A DNA stretch of 64,000 bases from Lytechinus pictus (lineage: Eukaryota). Where the stretch lies: contig NC_087250.1 in NCBI RefSeq assembly GCF_037042905.1, positions 4,156,001 to 4,220,000 on the forward strand, written 5' to 3'. The notes under the pieces are model-generated. The model was not told the DNA's origin. It ran no database searches and saw only the letters and a program-made list of their open reading frames with translations. Positions 25,661 through 40,600 of the stretch are shown here, in pieces. The position numbers and the translations under genes are program-made. Position 1 is the stretch's first letter, and every line of letters starts with the position of its first letter.

Positions 25661-26189
25661 GGGTTGGATTGGATCATTGCCGAGTGACATTAAACAACAA
25701 TAGATTTTTAAACAAAGGATAATCATGAACATCTCAATTTCTACTCACTTGCAACTCATGATGAGGGTCATGGCCAAGGTAACCATTCTTGATTCACATT
25801 TTCTTATCAATAACATATAGTATAAATAAATTACCGTTCTTACTACTCTTAAAAAGTTACAAGATGGATTTAGGTTAACCTACGATCATGAGGAAATAAT
25901 GATACTCAAGTCTGGCTTGTTATTAGTTCCCCCTTACCTTCAGTCTTGTGCAAGTTACTTGATTTTGGACCCTACCATATACTTAGTAGGTACCATGCTT
26001 TGATCATACATATGCAGTGTTTGTTACTGTTAGGTAGACCCTGTAATTTTCTGATGGAGCTTTATATATTCTGTTCACGGTATAATTGTGTAAATATTGG
26101 CTTGCGAAAAAAAAATCGATATATTTACTACTACTATACTACTACCACTACTGCTACTACAACTATCGATGATGATGTGATGATGATAA

Positions 26190-26462
26190 TAATAATATAG
26201 GATTTGCATATAGCGCACGTATCCACCTTGTTAGGTGCTCAAGGCGCTCCTATATTACCCCGGCTAAGCTAGTCTACCGATTCTGGTGCGCACAACTTTT
26301 TGAGGAATTACTTCCTGCCGGTACCCATTTACCTCACCTGGGTCGAGTGCAGCTCAGTGTGGATAAATTTCTTGCTGAAGAAAACACGCCATGGCCAGGA
26401 TCCGAACTCACGACCCTCTGTTTGAAAGGCGAGAGTCAGAACCACTAGACCATGACGCCCCC
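26190..26462 (-). mobile_element. SINE family B
   Basis: Reverse complement of 21479-21750. Confidence 0.85.
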
Positions 26463-27021
26463 ATGATGATGATGATGATGATAATAATACAATTAGGCCT
26501 ACTACCTGATTATTCAACAACACAATGATTATTAAGACCAATCATTTAGAAAAATTTAAATTTCATGAATCTAGATATTTCGCAACTTTACACATACGAT
26601 TTTGTTTTATTTGTCCAGGTTAAGTGTCTCACTTTAAGGGGAAAGGGCACTTTTAGAGACAGTGGCAGTAACAATATGTGTTACTATTTTTTTAGTGGAA
26701 GAGGAAATATCAGTCACATAGTGGTAGATTTTTTGGCCTATTCATGTCAAGTTTAAAGAAATATACTCGAGTATTTTTATTGACAACTGTATTGAATTTA
26801 TTGTACACCTATCATAAAAACAGCCGAGTTTGCCTTGTAGAGACGCAGCATAACCACAAAGCGGTTATATTCTTTCTTATTGTTAGGCAAAATCACTGTT
26901 TGAGGGACGTAACACTTATCTGAAAGAGTTGTTATAAACATAAACAGCTGATATGAAATATTGAATCATCATTCAAATAACGATTTTTTTTACGTGTGAA
27001 AGGGCGGTTTGGCACACCATC

Positions 27022-27415
27022 TAAGGGCGATTCCATGCTAGAAAAATCAGCCATTTTCACAACAGTTTTCAACCTACTGTCCAAACAAACAAGGAACGTC
27101 AATGTATTTTGTGGTAATAATAAAGTACTACTGGGTAGTCATGCAAAGAAAATGACAACCAACAAAAATATGTTGTCCATGGGTGAATTAGAGGTGAATC
27201 GTATGGGACATTTCTGAGTCCCGTACGACACACAACATTTTCACCTGTATATTCACCCATAATCAAACACTTTTTGTTGGTAATCCGTTTTTCACATGAC
27301 TACCCACTATAACTTTTTGATTGACAAATATTAATTGTTATTGCTCAAGAATCAGCTAAGAGTCTAGATATTGTTGTCGAAATGTCCCAAACGACACGTA
27401 TGGAATCACCCCTAA
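27022..27415. mobile_element. Harbinger-like MITE (TAA-flanked)
   Basis: taagggcgattccatgc ... gtatggaatcacccctaa. Confidence 0.55.
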
Positions 27416-28089
27416 TTGTTGTATCATACGACGTGTATGCAGGCGGGCCCTAAAGGGCAAGATGTGCTTTTAATTTTTTCTTGAACACATTGAGAGAAAT
27501 TCAGTATTAATTTTATTTGTGTTTAATGTTTGTATTTATTATTTTTAGCAGGGAGCGAGTATAGATCCATGTGTGGAAAATCCAACTCCAGGCAAAAATA
27601 AACAAAAGTAAACAAAATAAAAATCGGGCAAAATTGTACGTAGTCTTATAGGCCTTCATTCGCCTTGTAACACAGGAAATGACGGATAGTACCTCAGACC
27701 AAGAAAGGTTTAATTTTAGGATTTTCGGTTCCCGCCAATATCTTTGTCGCCATGACAACATGTCTCAGTGGAATTGATCTTGGCCATATCGACTGCTCAG
27801 GGTATGGTCGATATGAAAGAATCTCACATTTTGGCCTTTGCGTTGTCAATTTGCCAACATCCCCATAAACTTCCGTTGACATTTGAATATTATTTCTGAG
27901 ATATTAAGGGTTAGAGTGGAGGGATGCCAGTGAGGGGGGGGGGGAGGCCCAGTAGGGTCAGCCACTCCGATCCAGAGGGTCCATGATCATGATGATAGTA
28001 AGAGATAAACGAAGTGGAGGACAACAGCAAAGATGCTGATGGTCGAGGAGAAGAAGATCAAAAGAGTAAAGGATAAGTAGGAGGAGAAC

Positions 28090-28490
28090 AATAATGCGGA
28101 GAACGGAGATGAAGAGGAGGAGGAGGAAGAAAAAAAACAAAAAAAAGAAATGTTAAGAAGAGAGAAGAAGAATGTTGAGGAGAAAGGAAGGAAGAAAGGA
28201 AGGAAGAAAGAAAGAAAGAAAGGAGGAAAGAAGGAAGGAAGGAAAGAAGGAAGGAAGGAAGCAAGGGCCCCTTGGTAGAGCAGTTTTGTAACTGAAAGGG
28301 CTACCCTGCTGAAATACCACGGAAATAAATGAATAAATAAGGAAGGAAACTAAAAAAGAAAGAAAGAAAGGAAAGAAAGAACACGAAGAAAGGAAAAGGG
28401 AAGGAAGTTCGGAAGGATAGGCCCGGGAGAGAAAAAAAAGAAAGAAAGAACGAAATAAAGAAATAAAGAAAGAAAACATAATTAGAAGAA
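28090..28490. repeat. Purine-rich (GGAA/GAAA)n low-complexity tract
   Basis: Read directly. Confidence 0.9.
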
Positions 28491-29342
28491 CACAACACCC
28501 GCCATTTGAATAAAAAAAATAGGGTTACCCGCCCTCATATGTATATAAAAATAATGTAAGAATTACATCTTTATCACATTATAAGGCATCAAATAGTGGA
28601 CGTTTCGTTTAAAAAGTGAAGATTACAATTTATTCACAGGTATTCTGGAACTCTAACAGTTTTCTTAATTTTGAAACATCGTAGTTATCTTGTTCTCATC
28701 GTTAAACGGAACTACGAATACATTACTGCACTTTACAATTATAATTTCTATCTTTAAAAGCTGAAAACACAACATTGTTTTAAGGTACTGATTCATATTT
28801 GAAATTAAAATATACAGTAGATATCTTTTAGTTTGCGTTTTGTATCCTTCCAGAATATTGTGACGTGTTTCAAGCACGTTTTGGGTTAGTATGTCACTGT
28901 GTAATTTTGCTTTGTATATTATCTAATGCCATTATTTTTTGTAATTATTTATTATATGTTATATATTGTTCTTGGTATACCATCAGCCGGAATATGATTT
29001 TTATGCCAATGTAATTTCTTTTTATTTTGAGCATGACAATAAATTTTGAATATCTAATATCTGAATATCAATATTTTGTTCAGTATACATATTAATTCCT
29101 TTGCATGGTCGCTTCAAAAGATGCGGGTTGATAATGCCCTTAATCCGAGTAATAACATGCACCAATTAATGATACTTCATGGGATAGACCGAGACTGTTT
29201 CCCTGTAATTAAAACCTTCTCAGGTGTAAAGTATGTAGGAGGAGAATGTGACGAAGTAATTCGTCTAGAACATTAATATAGTGCAGGGGAAACGATACGA
29301 GCATGAATTATTCAATACTACGCAATAGAAATGAAACTGTGT

Positions 29343-29630
29343 GGGCGCGTCGTGGTCTAGTGGTTCTGACTCTCGCCTTTCAAACAGAGGGTCGTGGGTT
29401 CGAATCCTAGCCGTGGCGTGTGTTCCTTCAGCAAGAAATTTATCCACCCTGTGCTTCACTTTACCCAGGTGAGGTAAATGAGTACTGGCAAAAAATAATT
29501 CCTCAAAATGTTGTGTGCATATGAATCGGTGGCCTAGCTTAGCCAGGTAATAAAAATAGCAGGGCCCGCTGCGAGAACAGTTTTCAGAACTGAAGTGGCT
29601 ACCCTTGGTAAATATACCGTTATTATTATA
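29343..29630 (+). mobile_element. SINE family B (alternative 3' tail)
   Basis: Same head and central domain as 21479; tail gcagggcccgctg..agaacagttt also at about 57160-57270. Confidence 0.8.
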
Positions 29631-31272
29631 ACTCTACTTAAGTAGATAAGTTGAATATGACATGACATCAGTTGACAACGTTGGATAAAAATAAAAATGA
29701 GTTCAGAAGAGATGCCGATTTCATCGATACGGTCATCGGTCATTGTTTCATATAAAATTATATACAAATTATGAGGGGGCGGGGCAACCGCCTGTATTAT
29801 TTTCCAATAAGGAGAAAAAGAAGAGGGGGTCAAACAGAAGAAAAGGAGGAAAAGACGATATTGAGAGAAGACATATATGATAAGGTGATAAAAGAGAGGT
29901 AGATGTCTTCTTACACAATATTCATGACATTACGCCTGTAATGGTCATCGGTTTCTCGCTAATTACTATAGATTTTATCATTATAAACCACTGAAATCAT
30001 TCATTTTAATTGGCTTAGGGCCTTTTCACACGTGAATCTTAAATCATCATTGTAATGATAATTGCTATTGTAATCGTGACTGTGATTAGCGTTCTGGATC
30101 CTAATCATGCTAAATATTCTTCATTAGCCTTATATTTTCACTAGAATCATCATTCAAATTACGCTTTCTTACCGTGTGAAAGGGCGGTAAGTCTCTGAGA
30201 GATTAGCCAATCAGGGCCTGAAAAATGTTTGATGAAATGCGAAGGAGGAGGATATTATATAGTGATAGAAAACAATTCCACATATTTTTTTCTTTTGCTC
30301 CCTTTTATCCACCCCCGATCCTTCAATATGATGCCAGCATCTGCAGTTATTTTTAAAATAGTTTTATTTGTTATTTTATTTACATTCATATTTCTGAATT
30401 CCATGTGTAAGTGTCTATTTCGTTTTCCATAGTTTAGTCTTATATCTTGAACATGTCATTATGTATATATTCAAGAAACATTTTATGTAAATTTAATTAC
30501 CTTTGGGAATAACCCTGACAGGCCTTTGGCCTTTGTCAATTCCCACCTCATTATGATTTCGAACTGAATATATTTTATTTTAATGTTTTTTATTGTATAT
30601 TTTTATCTGCATATTAATTTGTACTTGTCTTTTTAATCAAATGTGGTAATTTGAATTAACATTTTATGTTCAGTTGAAAAAAAAAGTATTCTACTGGTAT
30701 CATTTAGACAACTTCCTTCCTTTATATACACCATCTACACGAACATGTTATCACCTGAACTTCACAAAACCTGAAAAAATACAATTTCTATACTTTTTTC
30801 TATATTGTCTTTTAGTAGGTATTTTAACATTTATTTACTTTACACTTATTAATAATTAGTAAGGGAGAGGATGAGAGAAGATAGTCCTCATCTTTCAGCA
30901 CACGTTCTTTTAATCATGCTTTCTCTTTCCGTCATCCGTTCTATCTTTTTATCCATTATTAGTATAGGATTTATATTTCCACCACCTTCTAGTTTTATTT
31001 GCCTCCCTTGACGATAGTCTCAGCAATAAATCAGAGAATTGACAGGGGCAAGTACGAAAGCCATCTATGATTCATGCTCGGCGGAAACTAATACTTCTCT
31101 ATTTCCCATATTGTCTTTTTAGTTGGTATTTTCTAAGATTACTTTATTAGTCCTATATCTTTGCTGTCTAATGACCCTTTTAAAGTAGCAGTAATCAATC
31201 TTTTTCGCGTTTAACGACCTAGTTTTTGCAATAATTCCATCTGAAAAGAATAGTAGGGTTCATGATCCCACA

Positions 31273-32510
31273 GTGTCCCAAAGTGTGTGCTCAGTGTGTT
31301 CACAGTGTGTTTACGATGTTTGCTCATGTTTCCAGGTGTGTGTTCAGTGTGTTCACAGTGTTTTCAGGGTGTGTGCTCAGTGTGTTCACAGTGTTTTCAG
31401 GGTGTATGCTCAGTGTGTTCACGGTGTGATTACAGGTGTGCTTAGTACGTTTACCTTGTGTGCTCAGTGTGTTCAGTGTTTTCAGGTATGTGTTTATCGT
31501 GTTCACAGTGGTTTCAGGGTCTGTGCTCAGTGTGTTCACAGTGTTTTCAGGTATGTGTTCAGTGTGTTCACAGTGTTTTCAGGGTGTGTGCTCAGTGTGT
31601 TCACAGTGTTTTCAGGGTGTATGCTCAGTGTGTTCACGGTGTGATTACAGGTGTGCTTAGTACGTTTACCTTGTGTGCTCAGTGTGTTCAGTGTTTTCAG
31701 GTATGTGTTTATTGTGTTCACAGTGGTTTCAGGGTGTATGCTCAGTGTGTTCACAGTGTTTTCAGGGTGTGTGCTCAGTGTGTTCAGTGTTGTCTGGGTG
31801 TGTGCTCAGTGTGTTCACAGTGTTTTTAGGGTGTGTGCTCAGTGTGTTCAGTGTTGTCAGGGTGCGTGCTCGGTGTGTTCAGTGTTTTCATATTGTGTTC
31901 ACAGTGTTTTCAGGGTGTGTCCTCAGTGTGTTCAGTGTTTTCAGGGTTTTGCTCAGTGTGTTGACAGTGTTTTCAGGGTGTGTGCTAAGTGTGTTCAATG
32001 TTTTCAGGGTGTGTGCTTAGTGTGTTCCGTATTTTCAGGGTGTGTGCTCAGTGTGTTCACCGTGTGCGCTCAATGTGTCCACAATATGCTCAGTGTTTTC
32101 AGGGTGTGTGCTCAGTGTGTTCACAGTGTTTTCAGGGTGTATAATCGGTGTGTTCACGGTGTGATTACAGTGTGTGCTCAATACGTTTACCGTGTGTGTT
32201 CAGTGTTTTCAGGTGTGTTCATAGTGGTTTCAGGTTGTGTGCTCAGTGTGTTCACAGTGTTTTCAGGGTGTGTGCTCAGTGTGTTCACAGTGTTTTCAGG
32301 GTGTGTGTTCAGTGTGTTCTCGGTGTGATCAAAGTGTCTGTTCAGTGCCTTCACCATGTGCGCTCAATGTGTCCACAATATGCTCAGTGTTTTCACAGAG
32401 TGTGTGATCAGTGTGTGCTCAGTGTGCTTAAAATGTGTGCTCAGTGTTTATACAGTGTGTACACGGTTTGTACGCAGTGTATTCACAGTGTGTGTTCAGT
32501 GTGTTTACAA
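31273..32510. repeat. TG-rich minisatellite (core ctcagtgtgttcacagtgttttcagggtgtgtg, about 33 bp, with a higher-order repeat of about 215 bp)
   Basis: Read directly; accounts for the CVQC/VFSV pseudo-ORFs. Confidence 0.95.
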
Positions 32511-33984
32511 TACTAAAGATAAAACGATTTTTACACATTTTTTTATGCGACAGTGGTATGGCTTCAAGAAATGTGACTGGCGTATCGGATTATGTTTGTC
32601 TTAATAATGACGGCAATTTGAATTTCAAGGAAATATTGTTAGAAATACTCAAACTTTGAATGCATTTTCATATTCGCCGACCGAAATTGAGTATTTATAG
32701 CTAACACCGTTTGCAGTAGAGACTACGTGCATACAGTTTGAATGGCTTGAGGAGATAGGTAGAGTGGGCGGGGTCAGCTAGTATAGTGATAACGTTCCAG
32801 CCATATTTCTGCAATCTTTGGTTGCTAGGGGAGGCACATTGTGTTTTGGGTGATAAACCCGTGTGTTTACATAGCATGACTCATAAAACGTCAAGATCCT
32901 CATCTCACTTCTTCATTTTATCCTCCTCTTTTGTCCTCATTTTATCCCCACTCTCCCCTTTCTCCTCATTATCTCTCTTCCCTTTCATTTGAGTTCCAAT
33001 CTGTAGTATAAATGTACTTTCGCTTTTCCCCGTCCCAAGGGTGGCGGTAAAAGTACGAGTTACAGTTCAGCGATTCGCCCCTATTATTTTTTGAAGTAGT
33101 GATGAAGAAGAAAATGAAAAAAGATGTAAGAGTTTTCAGACAATAATATGTTTATTTCTGTATCTGCGTAGGGACCATTCATGTCATTTAGTGAAAATCA
33201 TACATCACATTTAGCCCCCCCCCCCCACTCCGGTCAAGATGGCCAGCCGTGTCGCATTCCTGCCCATCTATCAGTCATCTGTAGGAAATCGACCTCCCTT
33301 AACACATGGGAAATTTCGATAAGTTTACAAACTACAAGCTCCCTAACTCGTGTTTCAGCAACATGAGTTGATGTTACTACGGCAACATAATAGTGGTGAT
33401 TACTCATTCCAATCGGGAAGAGAAGAAAATGAATATTTCATCAGATGGTGGGATTCTTACGACTTCACATGGTGACAAGCTCTTTAGGCACTCTCAAATA
33501 TTTATGATTGGGCAACGGGCCGTCAAATGGAGCGTTTATTTTACGAATTTCAATAGCTTCTTTAGATTGTCCTTTTAACATAATTATTTATTCATATTGA
33601 TATTTTGGGTGTCATTATTGATGAAGCGTGTCTCTAATATTATTCATTTTATACGTCCTTTTTATTGAGTTTACACAAATATTTTCATGGATCTTTCCGC
33701 TTTGATACCTGTTACACGGCGTTTCTTTCACAGGGGTCATGCAGAATTTATAATGGATTGCTTCTAGTCTTCTTCATGGCCCTATTTTGTTCAGTAATAT
33801 CAGGGACGTCCCTGGCAATATCTCCGTATCTCTTCAGAAATATGCTGACCTCACAGGATAATGCTATTAAAATATATTTATATTTAAAACAAAATTCGAT
33901 AGTATCGTAAATTGTGATTATTGCTATCAATTCTGCTCACATCAATTTACTTATCGTTATATCATTGTCATTATTATTCCTCAA

Positions 33985-34150
33985 ATTCATCATCATCATC
34001 ATGAATAATCATCACCATCATCACCACCACCATCATCATCATCATCACCATTTCCATCTTCATCATCATATTCATGATTATCGTGTTCATCATCACCACC
34101 ATCATCATCTTCTTCATGATTATCACCATTATCACCATCATCACTTTCAT
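33985..34150. repeat. (CAT)n microsatellite
   Basis: Read directly. Confidence 0.9.
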
Positions 34151-34157
34151 TAGAAGA

Positions 34158-34350
34158 TGCCGTAGGCGAGTGGTCTAAGGCGCCTGGCTATACATAAAAA
34201 GTCCGGGGTTCGATTCCCGGCCGCGGCATCTATGCCCGTGAGCAAGGCATTTAATCTACAATGCTCTTTTATCATGCTTTCAAATAAATGGAAATGCTAT
34301 ATGCATTATTGATAACTAGGTGTGCACGTGTTAAAAAAAAAAAAAAAAAA
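34158..34350 (+). mobile_element. tRNA-derived SINE family C with poly(A) tail
   Basis: A box ggcgagtggtctaagg, B box ggttcgattccc, body gagcaaggcattta, long A tail. Confidence 0.75.
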
Positions 34351-34459
34351 ATTCATCACCATCATCGTCAGTTTCATCCTGAATCTTAACTTTCCTTTCC
34401 CCACTCATGTAAATTATATCAAATTTTCAAAGAATATATATTTTTTTTCATTTGTTCAG

Positions 34460-34610
34460 CATTTCCTGAAGAGGAGCATTTTGGCCGGTGTTTTCCTAGT
34501 GTCGACTGTTCTATGTATATATTCCCTGAGTCTTCTCAATGGATCCGCTATAGACAAGAACACTCAACACCTTGGTGTACAGAGGAGTAAACTATTCGAT
34601 CTGAACTACA
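34460..34610 (+). CDS. CHST15: CHST15-like TM/stem exon
   Basis: Acceptor tttgttcag, donor gtaagt; hydrophobic helix. Confidence 0.75.
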
Positions 34611-37600
34611 GTAAGTATGGAGAGAAAGAGAGAGATTTAAATAAAGTGCATACAGAGAAAATAAAAAAAAGGAGGGGGAGGGGGAGGATGTTGAAAGAGA
34701 CGGATAGGGAAAGAGGGGTGACATTCAAAGAAATCTCAAACAGAAAGTGCAGTTGAGGGAGGTATTAAATGGTGGAAAGAGATGGAATAGGGGAGAGAAA
34801 GATACAAATATAAGACAGTGGGGAAGGGGGGCCGGGGGGGGGGGGGGAGAGGGACAGGGACAGAGAGACAAGTGGGGGTAGAAAGGGGAGGGTTAACTGA
34901 GTAAAAAGTAGCCAGAGAAAGCCAGAAGCATACAGAGAGGGGACACAGGGTAGCAGCCAAAATAAAACTAGAGAAAGAAGAAAGACTTAAAAAACAATGG
35001 CTCTTGTCCTACTCTTTGACACCATTTTACCCATTCCCTCCCCAAACATGGTCAGACAAATTGTATTTGAAACTTGATATAGATATCTGAAAAATGCTAA
35101 AACAACAACCGAACATTATAATAATTATCCAAGTCATGCAAAGATTAAAGGTCAGGGATATTGCAGAACATTAAATGTGATATAAAATATAATATACTTT
35201 TCTATTTTTTTTTCATTTTAGACCAATATTCATCAACAGGAAAGGCGGGAACGCAAAGACCATACGACGGTTATTATGGCGACGGTTATAACGTGAGGAA
35301 CATCCCGCCAAATCTATTCAAACTCGCGCCAGAGGTAAGATGTTGTTTATGTAACCATTGGGGTATATACTAGAAAGAACACAACGTCTCACAGTTTGTG
35401 CATAGGGGAGAGTGGGGTAAATAAAGCCACCTTTTTCATAATTCTAATATCGTTTTAACGCATAGCAGTAGAAACATGATTAGATGCCTAATACAAGGTT
35501 CACCGAAGACCTACATTATCCAATAGAAATGTGAGGTCTAATCAATCTCATTTGCATATTATTGAGCCTTGAATATTGTTGTCAGGGGGGCTCATTTGCC
35601 CCTTCAAAGTTGGGCAAATGAGGCCCGCTGATTAAAATGTATTGTGTATTGCTATATTCAAAGTAATAATAGTTCGTTTGGTTCGATCCAATCACTGAAC
35701 ATTTTGCTTTACAAATTTGAATAGCATTTGTGGTCATAAGAGAAAAGCTCTCAAATGTGTTTCACACTGTCAAAATTTTCAAAGTTAACAGTGTGAAACC
35801 TCTAAATTGTAAGTGTTCATTGTGACGTAGTGAGCTACGTAAAGATATGATTCACACTGTTTAAATACTGGAACTCAATAGTGTAAATAAAATGATTCCA
35901 CACCATGGACACCTCTTCATTTTGCTTACAACGTGTTCACATGGGGACCATGTGAAAATATGATTTTCAATGTTGAAATGCTGAAAGTCATCAATGTGAG
36001 GATAATTCCACACTGTGTAACCTCGGCAGTGTGAGTGTTCAGTGTGTTCACAGAGTGGACTATGTGAAAATGTGTTTCACACTTTCAAAATGTTCAAAGT
36101 TAACACTGTGACGATATTTCCACACTGTGGATACCTCTACATTGTAAGTGTTCACTGTGACGTAGAGGACTATGGGAATATGTGATTCTCGGTGTTAAAG
36201 TGCTGACAAAAAAGTGTGAAGATAATTCCACACCTTAGAACCTCGGCAGTGCAGTGAGTGTCCACAGTGTTTTCACATAGTATTCTATGTTAAGACGTGA
36301 CTCACTGTTCGCTCAGATTCAGCAGTGTGACGATATTTCCCCCAATGTGAACACATCTACAGTGTCGCTGTCTACAGTGACACAGTGAACCATGTGATGA
36401 TGTGATTCATACTGTAGACAAATGAGTGAAATATAAAAAAATAAATACAATAGAAAAAAAAAAAAATAATAGCCAATTTTTATATAGCGCTTTTCCCAGA
36501 ATGACTCAAAGCGCTTTACAGCATATTATTACCCCGGTCATTGGATTCATTTCAATCCTGCACAAAAAGTGCACAATTTCCACTCCCTGGGGAGCATTCC
36601 TTGCATTCATCGCAGCCTCATTACGGCGCTGGCAAATTCAAACATACAATATATTTCGCATCCTACCGGGTACCCATTTAGCACCTGGGTCGAGAGTGGC
36701 AAAGTGTTGATTAACGCCTTGCCAAAGGACGCTAGACCGCGGTGGCATTCGAACACACGGCCCTCTGTTTACAAGGCGAGAGTCAGAACCACAACACCAC
36801 GGCTCTTCAGGAAAACACAAACAGGAAAGCATCAGGAAAATATCAGGAAAACACAAACAATTCATTGTGGCAGGTCGATACTTATCGCAATGCTCAAAAT
36901 ATAAATCAGATATATTTTCAACGATCTTGGGTAAAAGCTTTCTTCGGTAACGAAAAGGGAACCGGGTCACATCATATCTGTATACTTCCGGTTCAAGTAT
37001 GAATCACGCTTTATCCATGAATAACCAATGAAGCCGTAGTTGATAACTATTAATAATGACTGAACGTTGATAGGTTGAATTCACCGGCATCCTAAACTCA
37101 TTAAGGCTGTTATAGAATGCATCACCAAAGTGTTAATGCACTTTAAGAGGGTAATAGTAAATAATATATCACGATAATCAACATGATCAAGGTATACTTT
37201 GCGGCATCGTTGAGCATGATCGGTGTATTGTAAAAAGCAATTAAGTCCTGAAATGGGTTGTTCTGTTACATAAACGAATGGAGACATCTATATAGTTTCA
37301 TGAGCATGCATCTGGAGGATATCACTGGCGTAATGTATAGAGCGGGGGCTCGGGGGCTTATAACATGTCTTTTTCAAGTTGATTTTATGACCTTGGTATA
37401 TTTTTTTATGATGTTGACTTGTTATGATTGTATTTATTTGATTTATATTTTGTTGAAAATGAAATGAAATGAATGAATTTGGGGGCACTGCAGCCTCGGG
37501 GAAAAACTGATCCTCGACCAAGAAAAAGTGAAAAAAGGGGTTTTTAAAATGAAGAAAGAAAGTTAAAGGCAATATTTTACAAATATTACTTCAAAATCTA

Positions 37601-40600
37601 TCAGAAAAAAAGACTTCCATTTTAAAGGTCAAAATTTTTGACAGGGTCAAAATAATAATTTGACCGCTTCAACTTGTAAAGGTGTCCAATCTGTAGTCAT
37701 TTGTCTACACACTTAAATGTTGGGCAATTGACTATCAACTGTGTTGGGTTATGAATGTTGGTAAAAAAAATAAATATATTCTGGGCAATTATTATCCAAT
37801 TGAGCAAATTTATTACCCAATTATTAGTTTTTATTTCCCAATTTGGGCAGATTTTAACCAATAGTTGTGTGGACAGAATGTTGCCTAGGGTTGGTTAAGA
37901 GTTGGGTATTTTTTGCCCAACTATGTTAAAAGTGTAGATAATTATGTAGAGTGAGGCACACCGGCGAAAACAGACCAACCAATTTACGTTTTTTTCGAAT
38001 GGTATATCATCGACCGATTTTTTTTTTCGGTTTCGTTTGAGAGACTAGGGACTGTTCACAACTACAACGGGGACGGGCTCAAGAACACAGCAAATGCATT
38101 AAAATACCCGTCAAATGACAATGAAAACCTGGGAGGACTTTGTCGGAAAATTGAGGATCGAGAACAAGAGTTTCGTCGTACACTCTAAAAAAAAGGTTTA
38201 CCCAATATTGGGTTGGTTGGGTAAAAAGATACCAAATATTTTGTAATTTTTTGTCAATGTTGCGTTGAAACAACAAAAAAGGGCCAAAAAAAAAAATACC
38301 AAGCAAAAATGCATGTTTCCTTTCTACCAAATATTGGGTAAAATTTTACTCAGTGTTTTTAGAGTGTAAGTTTCGGAGCTAACGAAAAATTGCAATATTA
38401 TTCTTTTGTCCAGAGTAACGGACGAAGCTGCTGCTCTGATACACGAACTCTCGACAAAGACTGCTTTGTTTATACGAACTTGAAGGGCACAATATATTTA
38501 CTATGTTCCTGGAGGTTTATTTCCAATTCGTCTAATGCCAATTCTTTCAATTGCCAACTCGTCTACTATCATTTGGTCTACCATCATTTCATCTATTTAT
38601 CACATGGTCTACTTTCATTTAGGCTAATGCCATTCCGTCTAATATCCAGTTGGTCCAATAGCCATTAAGTCCATATACCATTTGGTCTAATTAAACGAAA
38701 GTGTTAAATGTGCAAAATGAATGAAAAAATTGGGATTAGACCAACTGGTTATTAGACGAAATGGTAAGAGATGAACTAGTGATTAGACGAAGTGATGATA
38801 GGACCAAATTGGTTATGGGACCAAATGGTTGTTAGACGAAATGTTGATGGACGGAATGGCGTTAGACTAAAGGAAGGTAGACAATGTGGTGAGTGGACGA
38901 GTCGGCAGTGGACGAATTGGCAATTTACCGTTCCCGAAGGCGACGTGAGTCATGTAAGCGAAAGCTCCCTACTATAGTATTGCTATTGCACCCTTCAGGA
39001 GTCCCTTTAACCATGACTACGCTATGATTGAATCGCTCTTGAACCTCGATAGTGATCTCCAGAGAAACGAACCGGAGACAGGGGCGGATGTCGAGTGACG
39101 GGCTGATTGGGAAGCACTTTCCCCTGCACCTGATTGGTGTCCTTGAAGCAGAGCTCATGGGAGAGAGAGAGAGGGGGGGGGGGGGAGGGGGAGGAGGACG
39201 CACTTACCCTTGCACCTGATTGGTGTCATTGATGCAGAGCTCATGGGAGAGAGTTTGGGGAGGGGGGTGTTGAGAGAGAGAGAGGGGGGGGGGAGGGAGG
39301 ATGACGCGCTTACCCCTTCACCTGAATTGGTGTTCTTGAACCAGAGCTGATGAGAGGGAGGGAGGGGGTGGGGGGGGGGGCGGAGGAGGAAGCACTCTCC
39401 CTGCACCTGATTGGTGTCCTTGAAGCAGAGCTAATGGGAGAGAGTTTGGGGAGGGGGGTGTTGAGAGAGAGAGAGAGAGAGGGGGGGGGGAGGACAGGAG
39501 GACGCACTTACCCCTGCACCCTGAATTGGTGTTCTTGAACCAGAGCTGATGAGAGGGAGGGAGGGGGTTGAGAAAGAAGGGGAGTAAGCAATTATCAGTG
39601 TATCTGGATTCGAATCCTGAATGGAGGGATGGGGGGGGGGGGGGGGGAGAGCTATAGGTAGAAAGGGCGTGAGAAGGGAAGGGGAGGGGGTGAAGACTAT
39701 TCGCTGTATCTGGATTTGTACGTATCCTGAATGAAGATGGGAAAGGGGGATGAGTACCTAAAACCCCTTTATTTGAATTTGTGTCCTTCAACGAGTGCTT
39801 ATTACGAGAGGAATGGAATTGAGAGATCGAGAAGGGAGGGAGACTAGAGCACATGGGGGAAATGGTCAAGAGAGAGAGAGAGGGGGGGGGGGGGACCTAT
39901 TGGGATGGAGAATGGGAAGTTCGAAGGGGGAAGAACGGGGGAAGAACTTATACCAGTTATAAGGGAAATGTTAATGGTATCCGAATCTGAGCTCTGAACA
40001 TACTGAGTAAGAAGTAGGAGAGGGAGGTTTAGATAGTGCACTTACCCGTGTACTTCAATGGGATGGAGGGGGGGGGGGGGGGGGGGACTAAACTCTTACC
40101 CCTGTATCTAAATATATGTCTTGAGAGCTCAAGTAAGGGACAAAATCGGACTGATAGAGAAGGGAAGAGGAGGGGGATGGGTAGTTACCCCCAAGTATCT
40201 GAATTGAACTTGAAGTCCAACCGAAACGGTACATCAATACTCAGAAATTGGTTAAAACAGGGAACGCGGGAAATGGGTATTATCCTTAACCCATGGACCC
40301 GAATTTGTTCCCCGGTTGAATGAAACCTGATTGGGAAATGGGTTGAGAGATAAGAGGGGGGAAGTGGAGAGGGGTTGAGATGGGATAGGGAAGAGTGAAG
40401 GGAAAACCCCTTTACCTCTTTATCCGATTTTTCTCTCTGAACGAGAGCTCTGGGGAAAGAGGGGGTTGAGAGAAGACAGGGTTAGGGGGGGGGGGGGGGT
40501 GTTGAGCAAGAGGTTGGGGGATAGGAGAGGGGCAAGTATTTACTCCAGTATCAGGATCTGTGCGTCATAAAACTAATGAGAGATCAAAATAGGGAGAGAT

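Noticed and set aside
27958..28498. Phe/Leu/Ser-rich membrane-like ORFs
   Set aside because: Reverse translation of a (GGAA/GAAA)n tract.
31273..32604. Cys/Val-rich ORFs up to 225 aa (CAQCVHSVFR repeats) resembling metallothionein or zinc-finger proteins
   Set aside because: They are translations of a TG-rich minisatellite, open in several frames on both strands, with no splice or codon evidence.
33914..34153. Poly-His ORF
   Set aside because: (CAT)n microsatellite.
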